Part shown: positions 1 through 13,717 of the stretch, piece after piece
Position numbering within the stretch: position 1 is the stretch's first letter
How the letters are laid out: each line of letters begins with the position of its first letter
From: Pocillopora damicornis
Taxonomy: Eukaryota
Reading direction: 5' to 3'
Length of the DNA stretch: 64,000 nt
NCBI RefSeq assembly: GCF_003704095.1
Contig: NW_020843402.1
Coordinates: forward strand, 558,001-622,000
Translations under genes and position numbers: made by a program
The notes under the pieces: generated by a model
What the model was told of the DNA's origin: nothing
Seen by the model: only the letters and a program-made list of their open reading frames with translations
The model's database searches: none

Positions 1-2792
1 AACTCAATTAGATCGATACTCGTGCAGTCGAAGTCGTTTGGAAAGGTGGGGCTTTCAACGGTTACTTGAATCAGAGAAAAGAAGGCTATTGGGAATTGAA
101 ACTGTCTAATTCGAGATATTAAAGCAATATACTCGCATCGTGTGTTTAACGTTGTTGGAACAAATGAATAGTAACAAAGACGAGCACTTTAGAATCAGTT
201 GAGGTGGTAGCTTCTGCCTAGGAAATGTTGATCAGTGTTAAAACCACCCGGAACTCTAACAGTTACATCTATAGCACGCGAGAGCCTCCTTTCTCAAAGT
301 TATAAAATTACTTAAATTTGTGATGGGGTACAAACTTAACATCCTTCAAAGAAATCTTTCTTTTCGGTAAACATAAGACTCTTTTTGATGTTATGCAGTA
401 AGTCTTTGAGCCTTTCGCCTCACACACTGGCAACGAGTGCTGCGGTTACAAGGTCTGAGTTAGGCCGTGGTTTCAAACAATCGATGGACTCGGGTGTACT
501 TATATTCGTTAGTGCTTGATTAAGGTAACTGAGTATTTTGCCAGGGCATTGCAGTTATGAGCCCTTAAAAATTAAAGTTAAGACAAAACATGTAGCGTGT
601 GATTGATCATTATTTAGAACGCGGTTTTGCCAGTTAACGGTTAAACGTCCTTAAAAAAAAAAACACCCTAACTTTTTAAAACTTACCTAAAATTTGTAGG
701 TCAATTGATGGGTTTTTTGAAGCCGTTTTTTTTTAGTTTGTTTTCTTCATAGGGAATGATTACCTCGAATGGCGTAGGAAACGGCTCTTTTGTCATAGCT
801 TATTGTTTAACTCAAGCTACGATTGTAAAATGTCCTTCTTCGGTTTCACTTTAGGAAGAAAATAATTAATCAGGGTTTTGAAAGGTATTGTATTTCTTAC
901 AATGCAAAAGCGTTTGGTGCTCGTATTATAATGGAAAAACAAAACTTCGCTTTGTTGATAAACTGAAAAAGGAAGAGTTGAATCGCATCATTCTGCGTTT
1001 TTTACCTGTAAGAAAAGTAAAGTACAACGATTGTAGATAAATATTTAGCTAAAGAACCCATATGTTTACTAGTGAATAATTTGGTTTCTCAGACTTTAAA
1101 GAATAGTTGTTACTTACAACACGAAATCAGGTTTGTTCACGGCCCACCAATGGATAAGATATGTTTGTACGTGACTTAGAAGATTCCCACTGGGTCCCAC
1201 TGGCTCCCACACCGAAGCGCGTTCTGCATTTCATTGTCCTTCTCCTTTGGTAAAAGGTGTTCATAAGACAAAGTGTTGATGAATATTATTGTACATGTTC
1301 TTTTTTTCTCTTCATTATTTTGAGCTTGCAAGACGTCTGTAGATTAAACTGATAACGTATGGTGCCGCAGCTTGTCACTGCCTGAGGGCGTGTGTCTATA
1401 TTTGCACTATCCGTTCCAATTCATTAACTCAGACAAAACGTAGGTGAATGTATTTGCCTTAACAGCACCTGATATTTGTCGCACCAAATCGCCAAAAAAT
1501 TGGATGTAGAGATCTTTCTTGAGCGACGCAGACTTCGCGTGAGAAGTTAACATCGTTAACTTTGAATAGAGACTTGCCTCAAAAAATCACGCACGAAAAT
1601 AGTCTTCTATTGTTATATTAATGTTATAGCTGTGTCAAAGATTCAAAATTATTCATCAAAAGAGGTTTGGTGTGGTTGACAACGAGGCAGACCTTTCTAA
1701 CTTGTAAGGCTCCTGTGTTCCTTTTTTTTTTAATATCGAGAAGTGAAAACGATTTCGAGAATCAGGATAATCTCACCACAGGGAGATTGCATTTATGCAT
1801 GAACAAGGTACTATCATGGTTGATTTGCTGTTATCCTTCAGTTATTTCAGTCAAGTTTCGCATCAGTATTCAGAAATCACGAAAATCAGTCATAATTTAA
1901 CTTGGAGGTATATCAGTTTTATGGGAAAAAAGGTCTTTGAAATGAGCCAGCCATGAAGACGCGAATAACGTCCACTATGAAAGGTACAAAACAGTCGATG
2001 AATTGTCCACGTTTTTGGGAAGTTGTCACTTTCTTCCGCGAGAAGCATAACCTTTAGATGTTTGATCCTGAGTGAAAATCCTGTTCGATGAAATGGAAGT
2101 AATTTTTATTGAAAGTATGTTTTTGCAATTGCTACCTTATTTACAATTAGAGATAGATTACACGAGCTCAGTGCAAATGGTCATCAATTATTATAACTTT
2201 ACACAGTTATTTGAAAAACTGCTAATGTCGGTTTTAAGCCTTGTGGTGATATCATCTAATATTTATTGCAGGACTAAAATTATGTATTCACATAAAAGTT
2301 GCAATACATAGATTATATGAAATGTGCTCAAATCCCATTTGAATAGAATATATTTTTTTTGGGTAGAAAGACTCAATAGTATATAACACAATTATGAGAT
2401 ATTGATGGTGAAGCTACATGATGATGAAAACATAGCATGTATTGTGATGCTATTGCTGTATATTGAGGGTACTATATTTGTGTTTATGTTTACACTTTAG
2501 AAACACATGGATAATTATGACACCATGATGGTGTGTTTGTAAGTTGAGATCTTCACATTTTTATTTGTTGTTGTTTTTGATAGGAATAAACTGAAGAGGG
2601 AAGGGTCAGTTTTTCTGCTGTCACAGTAGTGCCTATGAGAATAAGTTGCTATACTTACGTGTTGCGAGGCGCCTAATTAATATGTACTTAATTGAATCTT
2701 ATTGACAGTTGCCAACGCAGGTTGACCTTTATAATCCTTCTAGCCCTCTGAGCGATGGACCACTAATTTAAGGTATTAGTTACATTCCAGTT

Positions 2793-5700
2793 TCAATTGT
2801 TAATTGGACCGAAAGGGGATACATCGGTGAAATGCCTGAGAGTGTATGTCGGAAATGGTTGGCGACACGACTCAGGTGGGCAAGACAATGAATGAATAGG
2901 TGTTGGAATCATGTTACATGAAGGAAGGATTTCTCGAACCGGCGGAAGAAATGAAGACACGCTCGGAAGGTGGTGGGCGCGCTCATGCAGTCGATCGGCT
3001 ACGTCCACATTTCTCGGAACTGATGACAATACTGATAGACTTGCACCTCTTGGTCTTTGAAATATGGGAAAGTGAGACTGCGATGAAGTTTCATGCCTCT
3101 GAATTCTTGAGTTATCTGGTTTAAGGAATGAAGGAATGCTTGGTTTGGTAAACACCTCTACTCCAGACTTTTCATGCTTTCGATACTTTGCTCTGCGATT
3201 TTTGAACCACACCTGTAAGAAAGGAAGACAGTCATTATGGAACAACAGCAGCAATATTTTATTTGAAAATAATGTGATCCTTATAACTTAATTTTAAAAT
3301 TGTAAGAGTTAATTTCTGATGTTGAATGTCCCCTCGAACTGAAATGCAGTACCCAAAATGTTAACAAATAGTCAACTCATTTTTCTTTACCATGGATAGA
3401 CACGGCTTGCTTTGATGTTTACTCAGTCAGTTTTAATGGAACTTTATGTTGCAAGTCTCACCCAATGATTCAAATTAGTCTCAAATCTTACTTTTACAGC
3501 TATTTAACTACAACATATCTATACCTCAGTGAAAGGCTATTGGTGATCTTTTTAATTTCATCATAAAATTACCTCGTTAAGGTATGTTCAATCACTTCGA
3601 GTTGATTAGCACTAGGTGGAAGTTTGCCTTATTTACCGCCTTGAAGCAGCTCAACAATTTCCTTTTAAATGAATAAGCTTTTTGTCTTTTAAGGTTTATC
3701 TAATAAATGGAGACTACTTTCATCACCTGTACTCTTGATTCTGGAAGATTTGTAAAATTAGCCAGCTGCTCCCGCAAGAGTACATCTGGATAATGTGTTC
3801 TCGCAAACGTTTGCTCCAGTACTTGGAGTTGTCTTGGTGTAAAACATGTTCGCATTCGTCTTGGCTTGCGTTTTCCTTTGTCCTCTTGGTTTTCCAAAAT
3901 TACTTCTGTAAAGGTTTTAAAAAGGTTTAAATTACAATAATAAGAATACTGAAGAAGGCTCTGAGTGAATAGCCGTCTTTGGAAGGAATGATCTAAATGT
4001 GTTCTTTACTGTGAATCTGCAATTTGTAGCTCGAAATGTTTCTCTTTGTAGACGTTCAGTGGTGTGCGTCGACATAGTTATAAAATATACTCAATTTAAG
4101 GTAGGACGATATTAAAGTGATAGAGAACAATTGTCTCAAATCCTGCTGGGGGAAATTTCAGCCGATCGCACGGTATTACTATGAAGTTTCCAGCTTTGAT
4201 TTCTTAGCTGAGTCGAATTCCACCTGATACCCGCAACTTATTGCAATTAAGAATGAAGTATTGTTTGAGTAAACGAAGGAAGTGTTGTTTATTATTGGAA
4301 TCCCACGGGTAAACACCCCTTACTATCCGCTAAGTATACTTTATACGCTGTGTAGTGCCTAGGTTTGGCGTGTTCCTTACGGCTATTTTAGGAATCTCCT
4401 TAAGACCGTTTTCATTGGCATCTTTCCGTCATTCTTTTGCGTATCGTTTGCATGAGAATGAGCGAGTTTTGAATAGAAAGATAGATTAACTATCCTGAGA
4501 ACTATTTGTTTTTCTATTGTTTTTTAGAAGTGGAACGTACTTTAAGTCGTGATAGTGTAGTGTAAAAATGTGTTTGACGTAGGGTAGTTAAAATGTCGGA
4601 GGTCCTAATTGTATCGGGTTTTCAGACCTGTTATCGCACTTGACAAAGTAAAACTAATTCTGTTTTAGGCTATGATTTCGCCTGTTTGATGTTAGTCAGC
4701 TGAGGAGATAGGCGGCCTCATTATTCCTTTTAAGGCACGTGGTCATGACCCAGTAATTGGTGTCATTTCCGATAAGGATGCTTCCCTCCAATGTAATTAA
4801 TCATTCTGCAAAGGCACACTAGCAGGGCACGTACAAATGTTGTCGGGTCTTATGCGGCGTCTTATATGTTAAGATAACCGTGGTACCGATAGGCAGCTGT
4901 CGCTTAGTTTGACAAATTGTTCTTCGTGTAGCATTTGTTGAAAATTAGCAGCCACCTTCATATTGTGTTGTTTCTTTTCAGTTCAGTTCATTGTGGTCTT
5001 AACATAACTTACGTTGAACAAATATTCTGTTTCAGTCCGAAAATTTCGTGAGCTTGATTGACAAACTGGGTATTTTCCATGTCTCTGATAAACAAAATTT
5101 TTCATAAATCCTTAACTTTCAGAATGCTATTGATTTCAAATAGGTGGGACAAGCATAAACAGTACTAATTGAAAAGCAAGTGCATACTGTTGTTTCCTCG
5201 TTGCGATTCCTCGAAATGAAGCTCGAATTACCTTATTTAACATTCTCGTTAACAACGTGCTTCGCAGTGATGTATTTGCTACATCATCTACAAATAAATT
5301 TGGAAACTTCTTTAAGTGAATTTGCAAGTGTTTTTAAGATGCCTGCTAGGTTTTGGTTCCCATACACATCAATGTTATTTTGCATTCTTTACCTAAAAAA
5401 ACAAAACCTTCGTAATCGAGATTTGTATGCGGGTAGAACCCAAGCATTAAAGACTTAGTCCAAATACCAAGTCCTTCACAGAGTACTGCGAAGCGTAATT
5501 ACCATTCTGATGGATTTGATAGTGTTTTCCTCCATCCACCGAATGCCAAGCGACTTCCATGTACGACCTTTGCCAAGTATAGCGGCTTCCCATTAGATAT
5601 AAACCGTGTAAATACTGACTGATAAGTGAAGCATATGAGGGTGAACAATTTTCGTGAGATGATCAATGGACAAGCTTGGTCCATTGAACTCAGATAAATT

Positions 5701-8700
5701 TTACGTGTGTTTACCTGAAGGCCTGCCACTTTCCTTACAGCAAGGGGTCCAGAACTTACTACACATATGCCGCCTGTCACAGCAATTGTTCAATAGTAAA
5801 TTTATGTATAGCTCACTTTCCGGTGAACCAGCACTTTTTCGACCATATCCAAAAAGGAAATCTTAAACAAAATGCATTGCTACAATCGAGTATTCCGAAG
5901 GATTCGCTGATGCTAGCAGCTACTTGTGGTGCTTCGACGTCGTGGTCTCTTCGTATGCTGGATCAAATAAAAATAAACCTCTGAAAACTTTACGTATACG
6001 CATGCTGTAGCTTGACCATTGCCTATGATTAAATTACAGTTGATTTATGATTTCTGTAAAATTCTTAAACATAGCAAAATGATTGATAAAAAACCTGAAC
6101 ATGTAGCGAGAAAAAAATTCAATGTTTTTGGTCAGAAATTATTTTGTGATTGGTTACAGAATTAGATGTATTTCGGTTCGTCTCTGGCTCCATATATGGC
6201 GGTTATATAAAGACAGATCACACATAATTACAGATCAGAGTCGACCTAGAGACTTCTTGTAGCTTATGTCATAATCTTGTACTTTCATATAGTTTCTATT
6301 GCTTAGTGAAAGGGTCACACCAAAATGAAACGTTCAAAGATTAACATTGTGACCCGTAAAGTAGACATCGTTTTGCACTAAAGTAATACGAATTATTGTG
6401 AACAGATGTTGGTGAAATTGACATAGCGTTGCCGCCCATTTACCGGATACCAGAGACATTTCTTCAACTTGGCAAATCAGGAAATATGCATATTTTTTCA
6501 GTACTTTGAGGAACTACTAACGCAACTCCCATTTGAGTAACGCTATCAAAATCAAGCGACCACCCAAAATACCTTTGTGAGCAAACAAAGCACCCGAGTA
6601 TGTCATCGCAGATTAACCCATCACGACTTTTGGAGCCGTAGGCGACAGCTAGTAACAAATGCCAAATCGCAAATGCGACCTAATAAGCTTTTGAAAACAC
6701 ACACAAATCAAGGAAACAAATTTGCAACTTAGCACCTCAGCCAAAACCCATCGCTTAGAGAGGCGAGTTTTCTTAGTGTGACATAAACCTTGTAAACGTA
6801 AATCGAGTTATACAGGGCGTGGATTCATATCCGCCATGAGAAACAATTGATCACAAGTCTTTTTCTATGCTGATGCTAGGAAAAAGATCGAAATTATTTC
6901 CTTACTAGACTTCCATTTTGTTTAATAAAGCGAGAGAAAAGCTTAGTGATTTGCGGTTTGTTTTGTGTATTTTTCTCGGTTTGTTTCATGAAACTCGTTA
7001 TCTCATCGGTACTACGTGTGGGATGGACACGATGGAACCGAGTTGTAATCATTGTACTTGCTCAGCCGAAGCTCGATTTAAATTGACATACCTCAACTCA
7101 AGAAACTACAAAGGCAGTTGTACATGGTATTTGCATGATACATAAAATGTTATGCGGTTAGTGGCAACAGTTATAGGGTTTTATTATTCAAACATGATGG
7201 CGATTTCTTCTGATAAGTTTGAAGTGGAAGCTCTTTTAAGCGGACACCCTTAGGACGCGGAAAAGTTGTCCTAACTAGACGTGCAAGCGACAGATGGCCG
7301 CTTAGTATGGCAGTATCAACATAGGATGTGTACGAGCAAACCAACCACATAACCGTGGCCCTGTAATTAATCATTGCATTGTGAAATCATTGTGACTAAC
7401 AGGGATGTGAAGTTGATCGATTAAAGTAAGACCTGGAGGCTAATGGAATTCCTTTCGGGTGCCGCTTACGGGAGCTTAAAAGCAAAAGAATCGTCTAAAT
7501 CGTAACTCAAAAAAGGGCTTGCTAATGTTAAAAATAACACCCACCAACGGGAATCTGTGACCAGCGGGTTTATATGGAGTTTACACAACCTTGTGAATGC
7601 ACTCGAAAGTAGTGCTGTATGTTTACCGGAATGTTCGCGGAGAGCTTTTACTGAACTAGCAATTACTAAGTGATGACTTTGGACGATGAATTTGCAAAAT
7701 AAATGTCTTCTTGTACTGCCAAACGAACACTGCTGTACGCACTTTGGCTTCATGAAAAAAGGGCATGCATAAATAGTCTTATTAGAACATCAGATAACAA
7801 GGTTGGAGTAAAGTTAGCAATTCCGACATTTCGATTATTCCAATAAACAACAACAGCTGTTGTCACCTTGTTTCCACCGACCAGTGTTTGGAGGGATATT
7901 CACTGTTTTATACAAAAACTACGATTAACACTTGTTTAACATTAATAAAGAAATAAATTTCTCGCGAGATTTCTTTCCAACGAACAGAAGACGTTATCGA
8001 AAATCCAATGAATCGAATTTATGTGCGCTCGAGAACTCATTTCCGTAACGCAGAACCAGGCCACAATGCAAAAAAAGCATATTTTACATGTAATACAATG
8101 ATGCGAAACTCTCACCCGAAGATTACATGAAACGATGAAAAGCAAGACAACAAAAGTCTAATCTCCAAAGGAAGACATGACGAATTGATACCTTCCAACA
8201 ATTCGAGAGCAAGGTGTGATGAATTGAATTCGACAAAACATAGATGTAAGGCAGTAGCTTTTCCTCCTGGTTGCATAATTTTGTGCATACCGTTTTAAGT
8301 CGACGTTTTAGCGAAGAATTTGTCAACACTGGACAAGAGCTGAGCTTTGAGCGAGGCGACACTGTTGGAAACTAATTTAGGTTGTAACACCTATCAAGTA
8401 ATTATTAGGTTCTAAACTGACTTTCGACACACCGCAAAACGCGTTTTATAAGCTGCAAAAAGTGTTTTTACAGCCGACATTTTCAAATAACTGTGAAACC
8501 AGTTATTTTCATGTTAACGTCGGTCGACAAGTGCCTAAAGGTTACAAAGAAGCGACATAAAGAATACGAAGACCTTTCTAATTGAATTGATGAATGTAGC
8601 TTTCTACATTCGCAGCGGAAATGTATGGTGCCTGTAACAAACTGCAAGTTTGACGCTGAAATTAGACATGACTTTCTTGCATTTAGAGAGAAAACATACC

Positions 8701-9296
8701 TTGTTAAATGTCAATGTATGCCCTTATGTCCGTTTCGTTGCTTTTCTTTAAAATGAGCCACATGGTCCGGTAAACAGTAAGAACACACAATGATCTGTCT
8801 TCGTGTCATTACGTGCCTGTCACCAGTACCTCGCAAAAACATTGTGTCTTCACGAAAACGCGAATTTCTTTAAAAGGAAGGATTAGTCTAGGATCGATTG
8901 AACTAAAATATCGCCAGTTAACCATGAAAAGACACCCGAGAGGAGAAGAATGTTTCTGGGCGTTCTTTCGCCCTCGCCTACATGACAACAAACCCACCAT
9001 TGTCGTCGCATTTGGCAACTTTTTTTAACAAAGCGCAGGTCAATAAAAATGACCCCATCGTGTTCATAAACCTAACTTGAAAAATTTATCTCTCGAAAAG
9101 CTAAGGAAAAAAAAAAGAGAACTACGGAGATGAACAAACCTGCCAGTCGGTCGGCTAACGACATTTGTGCCGGGATGATAGGCCTATCTGTCTCGTGTTT
9201 TTTGCCACCCTTATATACCAGGTGACCTGGTGTGGTAGAACAGCTCTCGTGCCGTAGGATATTAGTGATGTTAAATGGTGAATATTTCGTTTCCAT
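2793..9296 (-). CDS. Dmbx: Dmbx-like K50 PRD-class homeobox gene, paralogue 1; join of exons 9140-9296, 3727-3905, 2793-3212 (about 251 aa)
   Basis: Exon 1: [14 protein letters not shown] (eh1-like) ... MSLADRLA, then G|GT donor. Exon 2 after a CAG acceptor: (E)[59 protein letters not shown]|GT. Exon 3: [12 protein letters not shown] (K50). Phases join in frame. Exon 1 is 5.2 kb from exon 2, so its pairing is inferred from the shared architecture. Confidence 0.88.
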
Positions 9297-9976
9297 GCCA
9301 GGTGACTACCAAATTAAGAAAAGGAACCCTGGAGGAAGGATCAAGAACCGCAAATCAGACTGTACTGAAATGTGCCGTCAGTGCACCAGACTGGAATCCT
9401 TTTATCTTCCGATAATGGGAGGGTCTTGTTGTTTATCAGGAAGTAAGTGCAATCGACCTCCGTACACAATCATGTCGCGTTTTACACACACTTACGGTCA
9501 CAAGTAATTCATTATTACTTTCGCAAATATTTTTAAACTGGGTTCCAGGTGATTTTTTTTATTACATAATAAAAGATAATAAATTCCTTAACTCGAAACC
9601 TTTTAAATTTGTGCCAATGTCTTATGTTTGTCAACCCCTATAGTGTGATACATCACTTTTCCTTGATATTGCCAAACTCATTTAGGATATTTTTAGCCAC
9701 GACATAAAGTTTCGTAAACTACTTTGGTTTCCGCCTTCATTCCCAACTCTTGGCTCGAATTCAATACTATGATTCTAAGGTATCACTACAAACGTCATTT
9801 TCCTCATAGTTGTCTATAATTCTCTAGATTTTTAGTAGTTGCACAGTAAGTACAGTTCGTTTAGTGGTACATTTTCTTTTTTAGGGATGGAGATAAAGCC
9901 TTGAAGAGGATTTTCTGTTATTACGTATTTGGCCAAAACTTTACTCTCAAACTTTCGTATAAACACAACGGTGTCA

Positions 9977-10024
9977 GTGATTGATGGCAAGTTAATTTCT
10001 TTAATTGTTGCCCCACCTAAAGGT
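9977..10024. promoter_or_regulatory. Candidate paralogous cis-element upstream of paralogue 1 (copy A)
   Basis: gtgattgatggcaagttaatt ... ccccacctaaaggt; the same two blocks with identical spacing occur at 16718-16765. Confidence 0.55.
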
Positions 10025-13000
10025 GATGAGTTGCTTTGTTCATCCTCTCAAAAAGCGCTGAAGAAAATTAACTTGTTTACTTTCGTTGTGTTAGGTGAGT
10101 ATCACCGAATTTAGAGAGAGGATCACTGAAAACGATCATGGATGATGTGCGAACCATGTTGCACTTATTGTTATGTCTGATCGTACTATCTGAAAGCCTT
10201 TGTTGTCTGTTTACGCGTTCTGATTGATAGTGGTCGTAAGATGGTTGTGCTCGCCCTCTTGATATTTAAAGGTCACTAAAATATGTATTTAACTCTATCG
10301 AGTTGACCTTCGTCCGACTATACCTGACTATACTTGCCGCATCAGTATGTAGGGTTAAGTGCTTTGCATTTAACATATTTTCCATGCGGGCTCCCTATAT
10401 GAGCCTCTGCCAAACTGTGTATCTCGTTTTAACTTAGGATGAATTCTAATGTCCTCGTTCCTATTTGATTCCTTGCTCTAAAAGCCAACCGTAATATTTA
10501 CAGTGACAGTTGATGAAAATTAATTACTGTCACTTTCGAAGGGCTGGACTTCCCGTAATTTTTTTCCTTTGCTTCTCCGAGTATTTTGCGGTTCAGAAAA
10601 GCACGAACTCCGAAATTCAAAATAGGATTAGGAAATGGTCCATTGAATATTAAAGCCTTGTAACAACTTTGAATCCTCTTTGAGAGAATTTGCAGACACA
10701 TGTGTAGTAATCATAAAACAATTCTGAGTGATCAGGTGACAGTTCCCAGCTTTCAGAAGGAGTCTCGGAAGACGTCCTCGCTTTGATGCCTTTGATACTA
10801 TGCGGTAAGAAAAGAAAGACTTTATCCTACTACATGCAAAAGCCATGGAATATGATTTTCGTCCGCTTTTTGAATCTGAAAAAGTATCTCTTAAGTCAGT
10901 TTAAGCTAGAGCAACTGGCTATGTTGAAACATAAATGTCAACTAAGATTAAGAAAAAATCTTTGTCAGCTTTCTTCACCACAAAATTCCTACTAATCCTT
11001 TTCATCATCACGAATTTTTGCCGGATCATGTACACAAATCACAGATTAAAAGGATGAGGTAATTATCTATTTGTCACAAGCGTCTGCCAAAAGGCTACAA
11101 TTTGCGTTCTTTCTTTTAAGTTAAGCAAGGTACATGTAAAATTCAGACGCGAGCCTTTAAATGTCAGGTAATTGTTTAGTCTCAAAATACCTTCGACAGC
11201 GTTGCAGCGGTTCATGTTAAAGTCCACTGATGCCGCGGTGGGGCTACTAATGCGTTGCAGTGATTTAGTAAAGCTGTTCAATCACGGGATTTTTTTATGG
11301 CAGGAAATGACAAAAATATGTGGAACATTGCTATAAATTGAACTTAACGTAATGAAACTTATTTAAGCTGATAATAGAATATGCATGCCATATTATTGCA
11401 CATGCATACTGAAGAGGTTTTCCCTTTGAATAATACTCACAAGAACCGGCACTAAACGTAACTTGATTTGATATGAAATAACCAAATTATACTTTTGGAC
11501 GCTTCGTTACTAAACAACAGATGACGGTTTCATCAAAAAAAGGATGTCAGTGCCTATGTGCCTTTTCACATTTGCAATGTCAGTTTACCATGCTATAAAC
11601 TTTACAGCGAAACCTGTTGGGCTGATGCTATTCGTTCAGGAAAAATGCGAAGGGATAATGCTATTTTATTTAGTAAAGCTGTGCGACATTGTATTTATTG
11701 TTAATCTCTGGTGTTTAGACCAATTAACTTTTTTTCTAATCAAAGTTCATACACTGTATTTAAACTGTTACAGAACAAGTGGACGCTTGTGACTCGAGCT
11801 TGAATAACCTTGAGTGACAGGTATCGTGATTAGCCTGGAAATCCACCCTCACTTTTAATTATATTCATCTTTTAAAGCTAAGTTGAAAGATGCACTGCTT
11901 GCTTGCAGAGGCTTTTTACCGGAACTGGTGTCAGAAACGTTGTTTTCCGCCTGAAGACGTTTAAGTATGTGGAGCGGGGGCGCCTTTCCAAGAGCAGCAT
12001 CATCGTATACCGGTTTTCTTTAAACTTTTGCTACTTAGGTACTTGCTCGTGTTAAGAATGGTCGATAGCTGCAAACTATCGTTTGATTAATTGCGGATAA
12101 TAAGGTTGCGTTACTGGCGCATTTGTTGTTAGGAAACTTGGCTGGTTTGTTCACTATATCAGTATATCAATAAGGAAGTTCCCCCACATTATCGGCGTCT
12201 CATTACTGCTTCATTGAAGAGATCAAATGTCGATTTTTGATTCAACACAGCACGAGGACGTTTTAATAAAGCGGTGTGTACTATTTGTAGTAATTCCAAA
12301 TTTGCACATCTGCCCACGAGCTGTTTATACCGCAGAAAACAAAGTCCATGTTCACAATAAATGTCAAGTGAACTTAACTTGCTTGCAAACAGCATGACTG
12401 AACGACGTAGAAACCTATTTCACGGTTCGCAAAATGATCGAGACAAAAAAATGGTCTAAGCGGTAGGTAGATGAGATCTTTTGCTACAGCAGATCTCATG
12501 TAGTCTGCCAGTACAGTTGAACAATCTCTGCTAGAGTACTATGCCTTAGTGTCACTGAGAAAAGTATCGAATTTATCTATATGCTTTGTTTTGTTTGCTG
12601 TGTCTTAGGCCTTTCACACGACAGAAGTATGGATGCCAAGTTTTAGTTTTCGCAACAGATGGATGCCTTGTAAAAATAGTTGTTCAGGATGCTGACGGGT
12701 GCTTGGGACAACAAATCATTGTGTTTTTATGTCGCACTAGAAAGGTAAGAAAGTTGGATTTCTCCTTTTTCCTCCCTTTTTTTTTCCATAACAAGACTGC
12801 TAATCATTGCTCGTTAGCTTTTCTCCTTTAACTACGGTGTAAGATGTACCTGTACACTTCTTATCAACAACCATCTTACCACTGCTTATTTAGCTTGCTC
12901 CCTAGTCGTGGTTGGTTCTCACTAAAAAAAAGTAAAGGTGAAGGGAGGGGGGATTGGGGTGGGGGTTGGGATATGGGGTTTAGTAACCAGTCAAGAGGGC

Positions 13001-13717
13001 ACGAAAGTGTAACCTTCAATGTTAAACTTTGAATTACAACACCATGATCTAAGGAGTTTTCTTTTGAGGGCATCTGTTGTTTTAAACTTTTGACAATTTT
13101 AGTTTCACTTTCCATAAAAGGTTAAGAGATACATATAACGCAACAAATTTTAAAGCCCGGTTTTTGACATGGATTGATTTTTGTCTCCGTGAGCTTTGTC
13201 ACAATTGTGACATGAAGAAAAGCCAGAAGAAAGACATTAACTGAACTCAAGTGATCTTTATCAGAAGGAATAACTTTTTGGAACTCTTCTCTTCTTCTAT
13301 TCTTTCGTTTGGTCATTTTAATCTACTTTTATCAGTACAAGACGCAGCTTCAAACATTGAAGGTTAAACAAGAAGTGTTCAAATTGTTCATTTCAAATTT
13401 CAGTTTTGTCCACGGAAACCTTGCCCTAGACGTAATTGTCATTCAAGCAATGAAATTATGTCAGCCTGATTTTCTACGATTTTCAGTGACAGTTAACCGG
13501 TTGAATATAACAAATCGGTACCGAAAAAGGAACCTCAATAGTTCGAGAGAACAATTTTTCCGTCTGTTTGTGTCCATGGTTAACTTAAAGGCGCTCTTTA
13601 ATGGCTTCATTTATCCAGTCAAATTAGTTATTTCTTCATGGAATCATAGGTAATAGGATAACGGAAACATGTTATTAAAAGGGTTATACAGAAGCGAACG
13701 TCATATTCATAGAAGGG

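Noticed and set aside
7221-7320. Possible transposon-end or MITE remnants here and near 54930-55000 and 56910-57080
   Set aside because: Resemblance is from memory only; I could not define paired terminal inverted repeats or target-site duplications.
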